In this document: positions 1-14,045 of the stretch, one piece after another
Layout of the letters: the number at the start of each line of letters is the position of its first letter
Numbering within the stretch: position 1 is the stretch's first letter
DNA from: Eledone cirrhosa
Taxonomy: Eukaryota
Assembly: GCA_964016885.1 (NCBI GenBank)
Contig: OZ024742.1
Coordinates: forward strand, 363,506,001 to 363,570,000
Direction of reading: 5' to 3'
DNA length: 64,000 nt
Program-made: the position numbers and the translations under genes
The notes under the pieces: model-generated
The model's database searches: none
The model's input: the letters and a program-made list of their open reading frames with translations, nothing else
Told to the model about the DNA's origin: nothing

Positions 1-587
1 GTCACGCTCACGTGTTTTTGAGTGGTGCAAGTTGACCCCAGAAGCGGAAGGCCCTCAACAACCAGGACTGAGGTCAACGTTGAGCGCGTCAGGCAGATGG
101 TGCGTAGCGATCGTCGGCTGACTGTTCGACTGATGGCAAATGAGCTGAATCGGGACAGCGTCTGGAAGATTCTCACTGAAGATTTGGACATGCGGAAAGT
201 TTGCGCGAAGATGGTGCCAAAACTGCTCAACGATGACCAGAAGGGTCGATGTATGCAAGTATGCCAAGATGTCCTCGAGTGTCTTGAAACCGAACCAGAC
301 TTGCTAGGGACAGTCATCGCCGGTGATGAGTCATGGATCTTCGAGTAACACCCGGAGGGGACCCGTTTTGAAGACGTGGACGACATCAAAAAGGCCGTGA
401 CGACGAAACTGAGGAGGATCCCGGAAGAATCCTTCCAGGAGTGCATGCAAGCGTGTCAGAAAATGATGGAAATGTGCATTAGACTCCATGGGGATTACCT
501 TGAAGGAGAAAACTCTTAGTGTGAAATTTGGGTTTGAAATAAATCTTTTGTGACATCAGTCCTGGAACCTTTCTGACACACCTCGTA
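1..587 (+). mobile_element. Mariner (Tc1/mariner) DNA transposon remnant, internally deleted, with 3' end
   Basis: ORF 22-348 has mariner motifs RSGRP, HTH (SDRRLTVR), KMVPKLL and GDESW. It then jumps to the C-terminus (GTRFEDVDDIK...GDYLEG*), so the rest of the DDD domain is missing. It ends in a TIR-like ...ctttctgacacacctcg followed by TA. Confidence 0.9.
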
Positions 588-653
588 TATAAATCATTTC
601 TATCTGATATATATATATATATCAGATAGAAATGACTTCTATAGGACAAGGTC

Positions 654-721
654 TGTTTCACCTGATGATTTAAACGAATGAAATAGTTCTTGTAATGTGG
701 AAACTATTTCCATCTGAAATA
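654..721 (+). ncRNA. Degenerate type I hammerhead ribozyme-like motif
   Basis: CTGATGA-t-tt-aaacg-aa-t-GAAA, then helix III TAGTT...AACTA and TT. Helix I pairs only distally (tgtttca/tgaaata). Confidence 0.35.
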
Positions 722-844
722 TATCATGTACTTCTCTAATGATATTGTGTACTTCATTCAACTGCTTTCCGTAACACTGCATATTCTATCATTACTTCAA
801 TACATTCTAATATACATGTATGTGTGTGTGTGTGGGGTGCGCGC

Positions 845-908
<64 letters not shown>

Positions 909-1282
909 AGCCCTAATTTATTGCTGAATATTTCTGTCAAACAATGGAATCGACCTCTATCGGTTTCGACGGTGAGAGTTCCAGTTCTTCGATCAAGGGA
1001 ACAGCCTACACATGTCATTAATCTTTAAGGGCTCAGTATTTCAAAGACACGTGCAACCGTAACATGATTTCCAGGAAGTGTCAGCGTGAGAAAAATATGT
1101 GACAAGGCTGACAAATTGAGTTCGAGCTAAGCTGTATTTTATGGACTAATAATTTAAGACCATGAGACAGTTAACCATACATGAGTCCGTGAAATATATA
1201 CACATACACAAGGTCCGAAAACAAAACAACCAACTGCCACTGTCACTGTTTCCGTCTCTCCCGCTCTCACCATCTCACTCTA

Positions 1283-1560
1283 TTATGAGCAATTGGGAGA
1301 GGGGGCATGTGCTAGCCGCCCAACGGCCCAGGTCGACAGAAACGAAAAGGCGTTTCCCCGGAAAATGGTGGGGGAAACGCATTGGAAGAGCCGTTCCAGC
1401 TTACGAGGCTCACACCTGGGTGAAGCCAAATCTGTGTCAATGGTGGTGAGCTGGGAGGTAGCCCTACGGCTGAGAACACCAGGTGTCTGCACTGCTGGGG
1501 GCTCCACCGCAAATTTGTCGGAAAGCGATCCAAAGATCTTCCAAACAGTTTCCATCTAGC
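1283..1560 (-). mobile_element. CRE-clade-like non-LTR retrotransposon 3' fragment (RLE endonuclease C-terminus)
   Basis: Minus-strand ORF SLSDKFAVEPPAVQTPG...LERLFQCVSPTIFRGNAFSFL matches the P.AVET.G...QR.S..I.RGNA pattern of CRE-type RLE domains. It is homologous to 26720-27080 and is followed by GA-rich sequence. Confidence 0.7.
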
Positions 1561-2092
1561 CAAATTCATTTAAAAGACCTCTGTGGGATCTAGGCTATGT
1601 TAAATTGCTCAACAGAGACACAGCGCAGTGGATTTGAATTTCAGACCTAATAATTGCGGGGCTATTTCATCAACCATTTGGGCTAGCTGCATAAAAACAA
1701 TTTCAAACTATCAATTTAAAATAAATTACTACCAGATATAATGTATATGTCAAATCTGCTGTTTATTACATACAATTAAATTTGAAATAAGGGAAGGAAA
1801 TATAAAATATCAGTTTAAAGTGTCATTCATGGAAAAGACTATGCTAGCAATTATTTTATAATGTTTTATCATTCGATAATATATGAGAGAATTTCTCCCA
1901 AATCAACTTAATTGAATATAAGGACTGGAACACTTTCACTGAATACGAATCAACTTAGTAAGGCAGATTCTATGGAGGAGAGTAAAAGGATTAGAACTGC
2001 AATTCAGAATTCAACAATTCCAGCAAATTGTGACAAACATTCTAGTACACAATATACTTATACTCTTTATATATATATATATATATATACAC

Positions 2093-2123
<31 letters not shown>

Positions 2124-2251
2124 TATATATATACATGTACGTATATATATATATATATATATGCATGTATACATATCTATATATATATATATTTTTATAT
2201 TTATATATATATATATATGTATATGTATATATATATATACATTTAATATAT

Positions 2252-2359
<108 letters not shown>

Positions 2360-2891
2360 CTCTATATTTTCTTCGTGACATTAACACACTCTTATTTTTC
2401 TTTCGTCATTATTCTCTCACTCCCTCCTCTCCTTTTATATATCTCCTCCCACCCCCTATACATCGGGCCAACCCTCACACTTTTCCTCTCTTTAAATCAG
2501 TAGGGAGCTGAACCTCACTCGTAAAGTTCCACCCCAACCAACTTCCTCTAACAAAACTCTTAATTTTTTCCATTCTCCAACATTAAAATGTTTCATATTT
2601 TACATGATTCATCTATTGTCAATTTATCTCTAGCAATATCTTTATCTCTTTATTTCGGTTTTCGCCGAACGGCAAACGTAAAATTTCCTTTCCAGTTTTT
2701 GCTGTGTTATAGTCTGACATGCATGTTACCAACAAAGCAATGTCACATGACAACTATCACTTTGATGCGGGAAATTGCACGCTAACAATATGGCTGACAT
2801 GGTAGGGATGTAGTCATATGTTCGTTTTATGGAAATGAATTTCTCAGCGTTTGTCTGTGTTTGTCTTGTTTCATTTCAAACTATATATGTA

Positions 2892-2978
<87 letters not shown>

Positions 2979-3016
2979 CGAAGGAATTGTGGTAAGGAAC
3001 CAGATGGACCATAACG

Positions 3017-3376
3017 CCTATTCCAACGGCTTAATTTAAATGTCCGGGATTTAAACCTCTCCGACACTAATTTGCATAATAGACCAATAATAAAATTAGT
3101 AACCCCACTATCCGGGAGCTTCCAACCGACATTCTTTAAGGGTATGTCAATATTTGTTTATAAAACTGATCTATATTATAATTTATCTGATGAAAGCGCG
3201 CCATAATTTGCTTTGGTGTCCTTGAAATATGTATAATGAAATAAATATGTTTTATAAATATAGTTTCCATTTGTTAATATATTGTATTTTTACTCCAACA
3301 ATTTGTTGAGTGCTTTATATCAGTTATAAAAATATTTGCTTGTTGTATCCCAACAAATTAAATATAACTTCTACAT
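3017..3376 (+). mobile_element. PLE pseudo-LTR (family A) carrying a hammerhead motif at 3182-3240
   Basis: Near-identical to 5516-5880 and homologous to 15367-15790. It contains tttat-CTGATGA-aag...ctt-GAAA-tatgta-TA-atgaa and directly precedes a PLE ORF start. Confidence 0.8.
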
Positions 3377-3425
3377 ATATTCTGCTCCTTTACTGTCGAG
3401 CGCTGTATATTATAACTGAAAAATA

Positions 3426-3740
3426 ATGGAATTCTTTAAGATCTCTTCTTCTCTAAAGGACATACCTATACCTAGGAATAAAGACTTTATAAAACAATTA
3501 ATAGAAAAATCAGACTAATTTATAAGACGAATCCGGTGGCGTGCTTTCCACTTCGATAATTCTGATGTAAAAGAGAATATTTCAAATCTTGATTGAATCT
3601 TCAAATCTAAAAAAAAACCCACCTTCCAACAAACTACTAATGGATTTGTAGAATGAAATCATCTCTATCATTCAAAGCATTAAATTTAAAAAAAGCAACT
3701 TCATAGGCCAGGATTACCTAAGAAATCTCAAAAATAATAT
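3426..3740 (+). pseudogene. N-terminal fragment of a Penelope-like element ORF
   Basis: Translates as SLKDIPIPRNKDFIKQLIEKSD*FIRRIRWRAFHF, then FKSKK.PP and IKFK, the typical PLE N-terminal region. It has stops and frameshifts. Confidence 0.6.
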
Positions 3741-3754
3741 TGAAAACTTTGAGA

Positions 3755-4960
3755 TGAGAAACGTGATGAGAAACGTGTCCCGCATGTGCAACCCCAAATA
3801 ACTAGAGAGACACATACAACACTTCATCCACCGTATGCAGTTCTCTGGTTACAATCAGAGAGATAAAATCAGAGTGTATAGAGGAGCCAGAACCAAATGG
3901 GAAAAAATGGTAAATAATGATACAAATGGGACCTGCCCCTTGTATAGGAGCAAATTTTGGAATAGAATAGAAAGAACTAGGAATAAGGCTAATAGAATAA
4001 ACTCATGGTATGATAGCAATAAATACCAGAGTGTAATGTTCATCGATACAACCCTTAGAGATGAATTAGCTTACACATTTAGAAGGGCCCTAGATAAACA
4101 ATAAACTCAATATTAAGATAGTAGAAAGACCAGGTACCTCCATAAAAACACTTATTAGCAATACATACCCTTTTCAAAACCTCCCTGTATAGATAAGAAA
4201 TGTATAATCTGTAAATTAAGCCCCCATATTAACTGTAAAACTAGAAATGTAGTATATAGCATAAGATGTACTGAAGGACAATGTAGAGATAAGAATATAG
4301 TGTACATAGGTAAGACAGCTCGTAGTATAGGAACGGATAAATGAACACTGGCGAGAGCTTCAAGATAGTAAAGAATCATCTGTACTCCACCAACGTGCTA
4401 AAATATAACATAAGGGTAAATTAGAGAACATAGAAATAGAAATAGAATCTACACACAGAAAAGACGCAATGTTTAGACAAATCACAGAGGCAATAAACAT
4501 AAATGAACTCCAAACAAAATTAAATAGAAAACATGAATGCAACAGCAACATCACAACTTACAATTAAGGACAAAATGAAAACACACACACATAGAACAAA
4601 TAACCAACCAGTAACATGTAAATAAACAAATAAATAAACAAATATAAACACACACAGACACCCGGATGTAAGACATGCGCAAACTAAGCACACAACACAC
4701 ACAAAAATAAGATGGTGTAGGACAGAACAAAGGAGAGGCACAAAAACAAAGAAAAGAATCCCCAGTTACTGAAGAGGTCACAGAATGTGTGACGAAAGAT
4801 CTTTGACAATATATGAACAATCATCTGGTTGTAGAACCAACCAACCAACCGGAAATTTATAAATTCCTAAATTTATAAATTTAATTTATAATAAATTGAA
4901 GTGAAAGCAACTGGTGCGTGTGTTTCTTATTAGCAGCATGACCCGCCCAAAGTATTTCAA
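3755..4960 (+). mobile_element. PLE 3' fragment (RT thumb plus GIY-YIG endonuclease) with pLTR family B and HHR at 4765-4807
   Basis: MQFSGY thumb motif, Cys linker CIDKKCIIC, NVVYSIRC...YIGKTARS (GIY-YIG). The 3' end is homologous to 23654-24137 and 17040-17200. HHR: gtta-CTGAAGA-g-gtcaca..tgtgac-GAAA-gatc-TT-tgac. Confidence 0.8.
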
Positions 4961-5106
4961 TATATGTATATATATATATATTCTATTAATAATATATAAC
5001 TCTCAATTTTTAATTTATAGATCTTAATAATTTAATTGATAAATTAATCATTTAATCAAATTTAAACATTAGATAATATTCTCCGGTTATTCTTATTTAT
5101 TTATTT

Positions 5107-5292
5107 GGTGGATTGGCAGTATCGGTAGAGGGTCGGACGCCATGCTTTCCAGCATAGTTACGTCCCTTTACGATCTGAGTTCAAATCCCGCCGAGGTTGA
5201 CTTTGCCTTTCATCCTTACGGGGTCGATAAAATAAAGTACCAGTAATGAACTGGGTAATTGCTGGCCTTGTGCCTAAAGTAGAAACAATTAT
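5107..5292 (+). mobile_element. tRNA-derived SINE (main family in the window)
   Basis: A-box-like tggcagtatcgg, B-box gagttcaaatcc, core gcctttcatccttacggggtcgataaaataaagtacc and tail agaaacaatt. Several near-identical copies occur in the window. Confidence 0.85.
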
Positions 5293-5515
5293 TATTTATT
5301 TATTTATTTTTCCACGCTTTATTTACTCCGCGTAATTAATCCACTATATATTTATTTTTTCGCTTCATCATCTCATAAATTACGTTAATACGACACTCTC
5401 TCACTTAGGGTTTTCTCTCTTTCTCTTTCTTTTGTTTTCCTTCTTTGGGTTAACTCATTCTTTTTCTTTTTCTTTTTCTTTTTCCTTTTCTTTTTCTTTT
5501 TCTTTTTATTTTTTC

Positions 5516-5877
5516 CCTATTCCAACGGCTTAATTTAAATGTACGGGATTTAAACCTCCCCGACACTAATTTGCATAATAGACCAATAATAAAGTTATAA
5601 CCCCACTATCCGGGGGCTTCCAACCGACAAGGTCGCATTCTTTAAGGGTATGTCAATATTTGTTTATAAAACTGATCTATATTATATTTTACCTGATGAA
5701 AGCGCACCATAATTTGCTTTGGTGTCCTTGAAATATGTATAATGAAATAAATATGGTTTTATAAATATAGTTTCCATTTGTAATATATTGTATTTTTAAT
5801 AAAAAAATGTGTTGAGTGCTTTATATCAGTTATAAAAATATTTGCTTGTTGTATCCCAACAAATTAAATATAACTTC

Positions 5878-5880
<3 letters not shown>
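5516..5880 (+). mobile_element. Solo PLE pLTR (family A) with HHR at 5685-5749
   Basis: Direct repeat of 3017-3376 ending at (TA)n. Contains CTGATGA-aagcgcacca...tggtgtcctt-GAAA-tatgta-TA. Confidence 0.8.
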
Positions 5881-5941
<61 letters not shown>

Positions 5942-5981
5942 CACATATAGTCCTGCGATTTTGCATTAAACAAATTCAAGC

Positions 5982-6053
<72 letters not shown>

Positions 6054-6188
6054 GTGTGTGTATGTTTGTGCGTGTGTGTGTTTGTGTGTGTGTGTGTGTA
6101 AATATCGGTTTCTTTGTATTTATGTGTTTATTTGTAGATGTATATCTTTATGCTTGTGTGTAGTATATTTTGGATGCATTATGTGCAC

Positions 6189-6372
6189 GGTGGAGTGGCA
6201 GTATCGGTAGAGGGTCGGACGCCATGCTTTCCAGCATAGTTACGTCCCTTTACGATCTGAGTTCAAATCCCGCCGAGGTTGACTTTGCCTTTCATCCGTA
6301 CGAGGTCGATAAAATAAAGTACCAGTAATGCACTGGGTAATTGCTGGCCTTGTGCCTAAAGTAGAAACAATT
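6189..6372 (+). mobile_element. tRNA-derived SINE with target-site duplication
   Basis: Near-identical to 5107-5292. Flanked by the 11-bp direct repeat attatgtgcac (6178-6188 and 6370-6380). Confidence 0.9.
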
Positions 6373-6377
6373 ATGTG

Positions 6378-6422
<45 letters not shown>

Positions 6423-6986
6423 GTTTGTGAATGTGTGTGTGTGTGTGTGTGTGTAAATACACATAATCGTGAATATGTATATGTGTAAGTGTCAGTTTAA
6501 ATATAACTAACTATAAGTGTGTAATATATGTATGTATATTTATGTATATGAATACTTGTGTGTGTGTGTGTGTGTGCGTGTGTGTGTGCGTGCGTGTGTG
6601 TGTGTGCGTGTGTGAGTGTGTGCGTGTGTGTGTGCGTGTGTCTCTGTATCTGTGTGCGTGTGTATGTGCATGAGAGAATGTGTGACTTAGATGAGGTTGC
6701 CTGAGGAATGAGCTTCCATGTGATCGATTTCAGCTGATCATATATATAGAAGTTCACATTATCATACAAATTCAGGTTACGAACAAAAACGTAAACGAAC
6801 ATTCATATACATACTAAAGCATACAAGCGCGAACACACGCACACAGACATACACGCACACACACACACGCACACACACACACACAAACAATGACACGCAG
6901 AGCTTCACAGCGACTCAAACACATGCACACACATTCATAAGAACACACATATGCATATATATATTTCGGTATGTACAGATTTACCG

Positions 6987-7036
<50 letters not shown>

Positions 7037-7523
7037 GTGTGGAGGTGTATGTGTGCGTGCGTGTGTGTGTGTGGGGGGGGGGGCGTATGTGTGCATGTGT
7101 GTGTGTGTATGTGTATGTTTGTGTATACACACATATATACTACATACATACATATTTATATTCAACTTATAAATGGCAACATTAAATAAAAATACTATTG
7201 TATTAAAGAACATTGCCAGCTATATGACACCTGAAATATATATATAAACTGATTATTTTAGAGGTTTGTGTACTTATGTGACCTTAGAATGCACTGAATA
7301 AAGCATTCAATACTGAGTGGTGGGTGTAATATCTATTATGAATGCTGACTGTTAACATCAATATTTAGTCAGATTTAATGGCTCGGTAAGTCGGATCCAA
7401 TTAAACTGAGGTTCTTCTTATGATATAATAGTAATTTGGTATTTGTGAAGTTACGTGTTTAAGCATGATATATATTTACACTCACACGCAAACACACACA
7501 CACTCACACACATACACACACAC

Positions 7524-8335
<812 letters not shown>

Positions 8336-8379
8336 TATATATATATATACATATATATATATATACATATATACGTGTG

Positions 8380-10567
8380 TATAATGGTAGCTATGGTGCT
8401 TCCATGGGTGGTATGCCAAAATTAGCACTCAATATTCTTATAGAGCAGAGTGTGAATAGTATTAAAAAACGAAAAATCAGTGATGCATCTGGACTCAGTT
8501 TATTGCGTGTTTCAGTTGTTTCGCCGGCAGGTAGCTCGAGACATGATCACTGTATGGATCTGGCTGATTCTACGGCTGCAGGTTCCTTCGGACACGGGCA
8601 TTTCGTTCGGAGCAAATTTTCTCACTGGGGTGTTATCATCAAAAAACACCTTCAAAAAACATCTTCCACTCTTGTTATGCCATTGGCTGTTGTTTTTCTA
8701 AGTCATCATAAATTCTGGTCACTATTTACTGCTACACGGGTCATCAGCCATTTTCCGTCCGACACACTCCAATGGAGCCATGCTGTGTTTGGTATCTCAT
8801 ACGTCTGTTCACACTCCCGAGTATGTACCCACATATACACACACACACACAAATACACACACGCAGGCACACACACACATGCATGCATACACATATGTAC
8901 GCACAGATGTGGAGACACATACCACCATGCATATATATACATATATACACACACACACTCTCCCTCTCTTACACATACCCTAGCACACCCACACCCACAT
9001 CCAGACCACCACCTGTCTATTGGCGCCTGCCTACACACACGCACACACACACGCAGACACACACGTACACGCATACAAGGACACATATCGGCGTTCGGGC
9101 ACATCTGCACATTTATACACAAACACTCTCAGACACATACATAGACAGACACACGCACATCCTTATGGATAGGCATCAAGGACAGACACACTTCCAAAGT
9201 CATAAGCACACATACACACACATACACACACCTATACATATATCTACACACAAGTACATGTACCTGCATATAAACGTATAGACAAACCCTGTCTTATGTG
9301 GGTGCACGTATGCACCCAAACACACACACACCCACTGACAGATACACACCCCATGTATATATATGTGAGTACATACACACACACACACACATGCTTACAT
9401 ATATACATATATAAACAAAACCGTTATTTTACGGTTTTGTTTATATATGTATATGTGTAAGCATGTGTGTGTAAGCACATGTGCATATGTGCATGTGTGT
9501 GCAAGTGGGTGTCCGTGTGGGTATGTATATATATATGTATATATATATGTATGTGTATACATATATGTATATGTGTATGTGTGTGTGTCTGTATGTATGT
9601 GTATGTGTGTACACACACATATATATATACATGGTGTGTGTATCTGTCAGTTGAGGTGTGTGTGGATGCGTACGTACACCCACATAGGACAGGGTTTGTC
9701 TATATGTTTATATGCGGGTACATGTACTTGTGCGTAGATATATGTACAGGTCTGTATCGCTGTGTGTATGTGTGCTTATGTCTTTGGAAGTGTGTCTGTC
9801 CTTGATGCCAATCCATAAGGATATGCGTGTATGTGCGTGTGTGCGTCTATGTATGTGTCTGAGAGTGTTTGTGTATAAATGTGCAGATGTGCCCGAACGC
9901 CGATATGTGTCCTTGTATGCGTGTACGTGTGTGTCTGCGCCTGTGTGCGCGTGTGCGTTCGTGTGAGACGGGATGTAAGGGGCTATACAGGCAGGCGCCA
10001 ATAGACAGGTGGTGGTCTGGATGTGGTGTGGGTGTGCTAGAGTATGTGTAAGAGAGGGAGAGTGTGTGTGTGTATATATGTGCATGGGGATATGTGTCTA
10101 CACATGTGTGCGTACATATGTGTATGCATGCATGTGTGTGTCCTGCGTGTGTGTATGTGTGATTGTGTATTTGTGTGTGTGTGTGTATATGTGGGTACAT
10201 GCTCGGGAGTGTGAACAGACGTATGAGATACCAAACCCAGCATGGCTCCATTGAAGTGTGTCGGACGGAAAATGGCTGATGGCCAGTGTAGCAGTAAATA
10301 GTGACCAGAATTTATGATGACTTAGAAAAAGAACAGCCAATGGCAAGACAAGAGTGGAAGATGTTTTTTGAAGGTGTGTTTTGATGATAACACCCCAGTG
10401 AGAAAATTTGCTCCGAAAGAATTGCATGTCTCCGAAGGAACCTGCAGCCGTAGAATCAGCCAGATCCATACAGTGATCATGTACGAGTCACCTGCCGGCG
10501 AAACAATTGTAACACGCAATAAACTGAGTCCAGTTCCATCACTGATTTTTCGTTTTTTTATACTATT
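8380..10567. mobile_element. About 2.1-kb inverted pair of decayed PLE 3' ends
   Basis: 8455-9400 is the diverged reverse complement of about 9600-10567. The arms contain a GIY-YIG-like remnant (RRMRYQTQHGSI...MFFEGVF) and a decayed HHR 3' half ggc-GAAA-caattg-TA-aca at about 10497-10514. Confidence 0.65.
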
Positions 10568-11256
10568 GTCCCAATAGCTTATTTTAGTTATTGCTCGCAT
10601 CAACCTGAGGTATCTGATTTTTAATATGATGAAATACCAATGATGGTTGGCAAATCACAGATGAGGGACTAATTTTATAATATGTAACCCATGTGCAACC
10701 ACGCAGTATTCCTCTAACCTTGTTTTTCACATATATTTACCTAGACTGCGATTATCTGTTTCTCTCTTTCTCTCTTACTGCTCCCCCGTTCTCTCTGTTT
10801 CTCTTACCTTCTTTCGCCCCCTCTGTCAGTTACACTTTCTCTCAACTGACCTCTTCCTCGCACTTGCACTCACTCACTCTCTGTTTCTCCCCTTCTCACT
10901 TCCTCCCGTTCGTTAGTAGTGGGGTCCCTTCTTTCTCACACCTCATTCACGGCGTACAGTCTGTTTTTCTGACCGCTCATGAAATTCACTCGGCTTATGC
11001 TGAACGGATAAACATGTTGCTTGTTTTTTTTTCTATCTTCGGTTTGCTTTTATCCTTCTATGTTGTTTACTTGTCTCACTCGCTTTACGCGACTCACTTG
11101 TCCCAATAGCTTATTTTAGTTATTGCTCGCACCAACCTGAGGTATCTGATTTTTAATGCGATGAAATACTAAAGATGATTGACAAATCACTGATGAGGGA
11201 CTAATTTTATAATATGTAACCCATGTGCAACCACGCAGTATTCCTCTAACCTTGTT

Positions 11257-11260
<4 letters not shown>
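10567..11260 (+). repeat. About 165-bp direct repeats (10567-10733 and 11098-11260) flanking a pyrimidine-rich spacer; pLTR-like
   Basis: Two copies of ttgtcccaatagcttattttagttattgctcgca...cctctaaccttgtttttca. The second ends at (TA)n. Confidence 0.7.
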
Positions 11261-11290
<30 letters not shown>

Positions 11291-11326
11291 CTATGCTGGA
11301 AAGCATGGCGTCCGACCCTCTACCGA

Positions 11327-11530
<204 letters not shown>

Positions 11531-11532
11531 CC

Positions 11533-11697
11533 ATACTGGTGGTTTTTCCTTGTTTTATTGATAGCGCACTGTATCTCTCTCTAGTGTGTTACTTTTTCAA
11601 CATATTGTATTTTATAGAGCTCAGGATTTCCTCTCCTTTGAGCACATTATTTACAGGGAATGGCGAGAGTCTATGGCTCCGTTAATTTATCGTGATA
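11533..11697 (+). repeat. Dispersed repeat with an inverted copy at 60549-60712
   Basis: About 165 bp, nearly identical to the reverse complement of 60549-60712. Both copies end in (TA)n. Confidence 0.8.
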
Positions 11698-11706
11698 TAT
11701 ATATAT

Positions 11707-13235
11707 CAACAACACTGACGAGAACATTGACTTCAGTGTTGAACACCCCAACGAAGACGGGTCACTTGCCCTCCTCGACTTCCGAATCAACATCACGGAA
11801 CAGGGAAGGATCCACTGCAACTTCTACCGAAAGGCAGCCTGCATGGACCTGTTCGTTCACTACAAGTCCGCCCTCCCTAACAGTGCCAAAAGAGGATACA
11901 TCACGAACGAGATCGCGCGAATCAAAAACAGATGCAGCGATCCCGCGAGTGGTGTCACTCATACCAAGCGATTCCTCGAGGTGCTGGAGACGAACGGGTA
12001 CCCTACCTCGCTCACAGACAGAGTAGGAGACACCATACACAAGAGACAGAGAGGCACCCAAGGCAAGTGCTTCCTTAAAATGCCTCACCTGGGCGAGAAT
12101 ACCACCAACGCTATCCGCAAGGCTATACGGAGGGAGGGCCTCGACATCCACCTGGCCCACTCGGGCCCCTCCCTGCGAAGATGCCTCTCCAGGAAACCCG
12201 GGAAATCTACTGACGCGTACTCCCTCAGAGACTGCCCGATACGCCATGCGAATTGTTGCCTACGCACATACGTCGTGTATAAGATAGAATGTGACAGGTG
12301 CAACCAATACTATATAGGTAGCACAATCCGACCTTTGCACATCCGGATCAAGGAACACACTAAAACCAGGGCCTCGTCTTTCCGGAAACACATAGACAAA
12401 TGCGGAAACAAAGACGGAAGGCCCATTGTCACAATTCTAGCGACTGAAAGAAACGTCGGCACGTTACGTATCAAGGAAGCGCTTTTTATCAAACGCCTGG
12501 CAGCGCAAATAAACAATCGTTCCGAGAGAAGCGAAATGAGGTGGCTGGTTTAAGTTAACAAACGATGCAGCAACACACGCACACACACACACACAAACGA
12601 GACAACTACGCACGCACACGCACACACACACAGTAGCATTCCACCATACGAACATACTACACTGCCAATACAGATGAACAAGGCAACAACACACGCACAC
12701 ACACACAGACTCAAGCGAGACAACAACACACGCACACACACACACAGTAACATTTACCAAACAGGCAGAGAATGGACTGACAGCTAGCGCCACCCCACTC
12801 CCACATTCGGCCGCTGACCTCTGCCCGACCGACCCCATTTGACGCGCACGCGTGCTCTGCTGAATACCTCAGATATTCAAAACAACAAACAGCGGAGGAC
12901 GCGTTTCGCACCTTTCCGACAGACAACCTTTCCCCCACCCCGGAAAAAACCCCAGTTGATGGATGTGAATCCGAAATATATAGGGACAATTAAATCTCTC
13001 CCAAGGTAACTCTCTCTCGTGTTGTTATTTTTATTTTATCCGTTATACTCTTTCTTTCATTCCTCTACACGTCTTATACACACCACGCATCTCAACGTAC
13101 ACCCACTTACATCTCTCTCTCCACCACCGGATCTTGTTACCCGGAGATTTACCCATTTGAATTGTCGAGGCTTCCAAACGACTTAAAGATATTTACCTAT
13201 TATTCCACAATGCTTCAAGCAAACTTCAATACTCT
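11707..13235 (+). mobile_element. 5'-truncated Penelope-like element: RT thumb, GIY-YIG endonuclease and 3' pLTR
   Basis: ORF 11843-12553 has DLFVHYKSALP, GYP, VVYKIECDRCNQYYIGSTIRPLHIRIKEH and IKEALFI...IN. The 3' end is homologous to 16328-16600. Confidence 0.9.
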
Positions 13236-13602
13236 CATATATATATATATATTGTTGATATTCTCTTGGACATTATTTTCGAAGTTAAGTTTGCCTTTCA
13301 TTTCTGACGGGGTCGATAAAGTACCAGTAATGCACTGGAGGTAGATGCTGGCCTTGTGCCAATTGTAGAAACAATTATTATGAGGAAATATTTAAAATAT
13401 CCCACACTAAATGTAAACAAATATTTTCAGTGTCTAATCTTCACAATTGATTCTAAAGAGGGTGGACTGTGATTGTTTAATCATATTTATTCTATAGATA
13501 GCGATGGCAACATTTGAATAATTCGACGTCACATTTCATCCGAAATATTTATAAGAGGTTAAAAACTATTACTTGATGAAAGAGGATTGATTTTCCATTG
13601 AC

Positions 13603-13639
<37 letters not shown>

Positions 13640-13651
13640 ATACACACACTC

Positions 13652-13709
<58 letters not shown>

Positions 13710-13719
<10 letters not shown>

Positions 13720-13925
13720 TAACAGATTCAAGTTCAAGCAAAGAATCGCAGCTTTCATCTTAAAGGGGATCTTCAGAAGATCCCGTTAAGGGTGAAAGCA
13801 ACGATTCTTTGCTTAAACTTTAATCTGTTATTTTAATAAATACTTGCTCTATGGTTGTTATATATTTGGTATATATTTATGCTTATCGAGCCCTCTTTGG
13901 ATTTTAGTGTTCACATTTATCGCTC
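13710..13925. mobile_element. Fold-back PLE terminus (family D): palindrome centred on 13775 plus one-sided tail
   Basis: 13710-13774 is inverted at 13776-13838 around a 1-nt spacer (gggatcttc-a-gaagatccc). The same family occurs at 14948, 15811 and 24160. Confidence 0.8.
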
Positions 13926-13944
13926 GTATACAGGAAACTAACTG

Positions 13945-14045
13945 GCCAGTCTGCTGATATGCAAATCTGGCTGATCAGTGGATCTGCTAATATGCAGACC
14001 TGGCTTATCATCTAGTCTTCTAATATGCAAATCAGGCCGATCAGT
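13945..14045. repeat. Degenerate 36-bp tandem repeat (about 3 units)
   Basis: ctgctgatatgcaaatctggctgatca / ctgctaatatgcagacctggcttatca / cttctaatatgcaaatcaggccgatca. Confidence 0.6.

Noticed and set aside
11185-11230. CTGATGA-ggg in the 165-bp direct repeat
   Set aside because: There is no downstream GAAA or helix III, so an HHR cannot be supported.
12950-12992. HHR in the pLTR of the 11707 Penelope element (also 16410-16447)
   Set aside because: The 3' half gga..tcc-GAAA-tata-TA-ggg is present, but neither copy has an intact CUGANGA.
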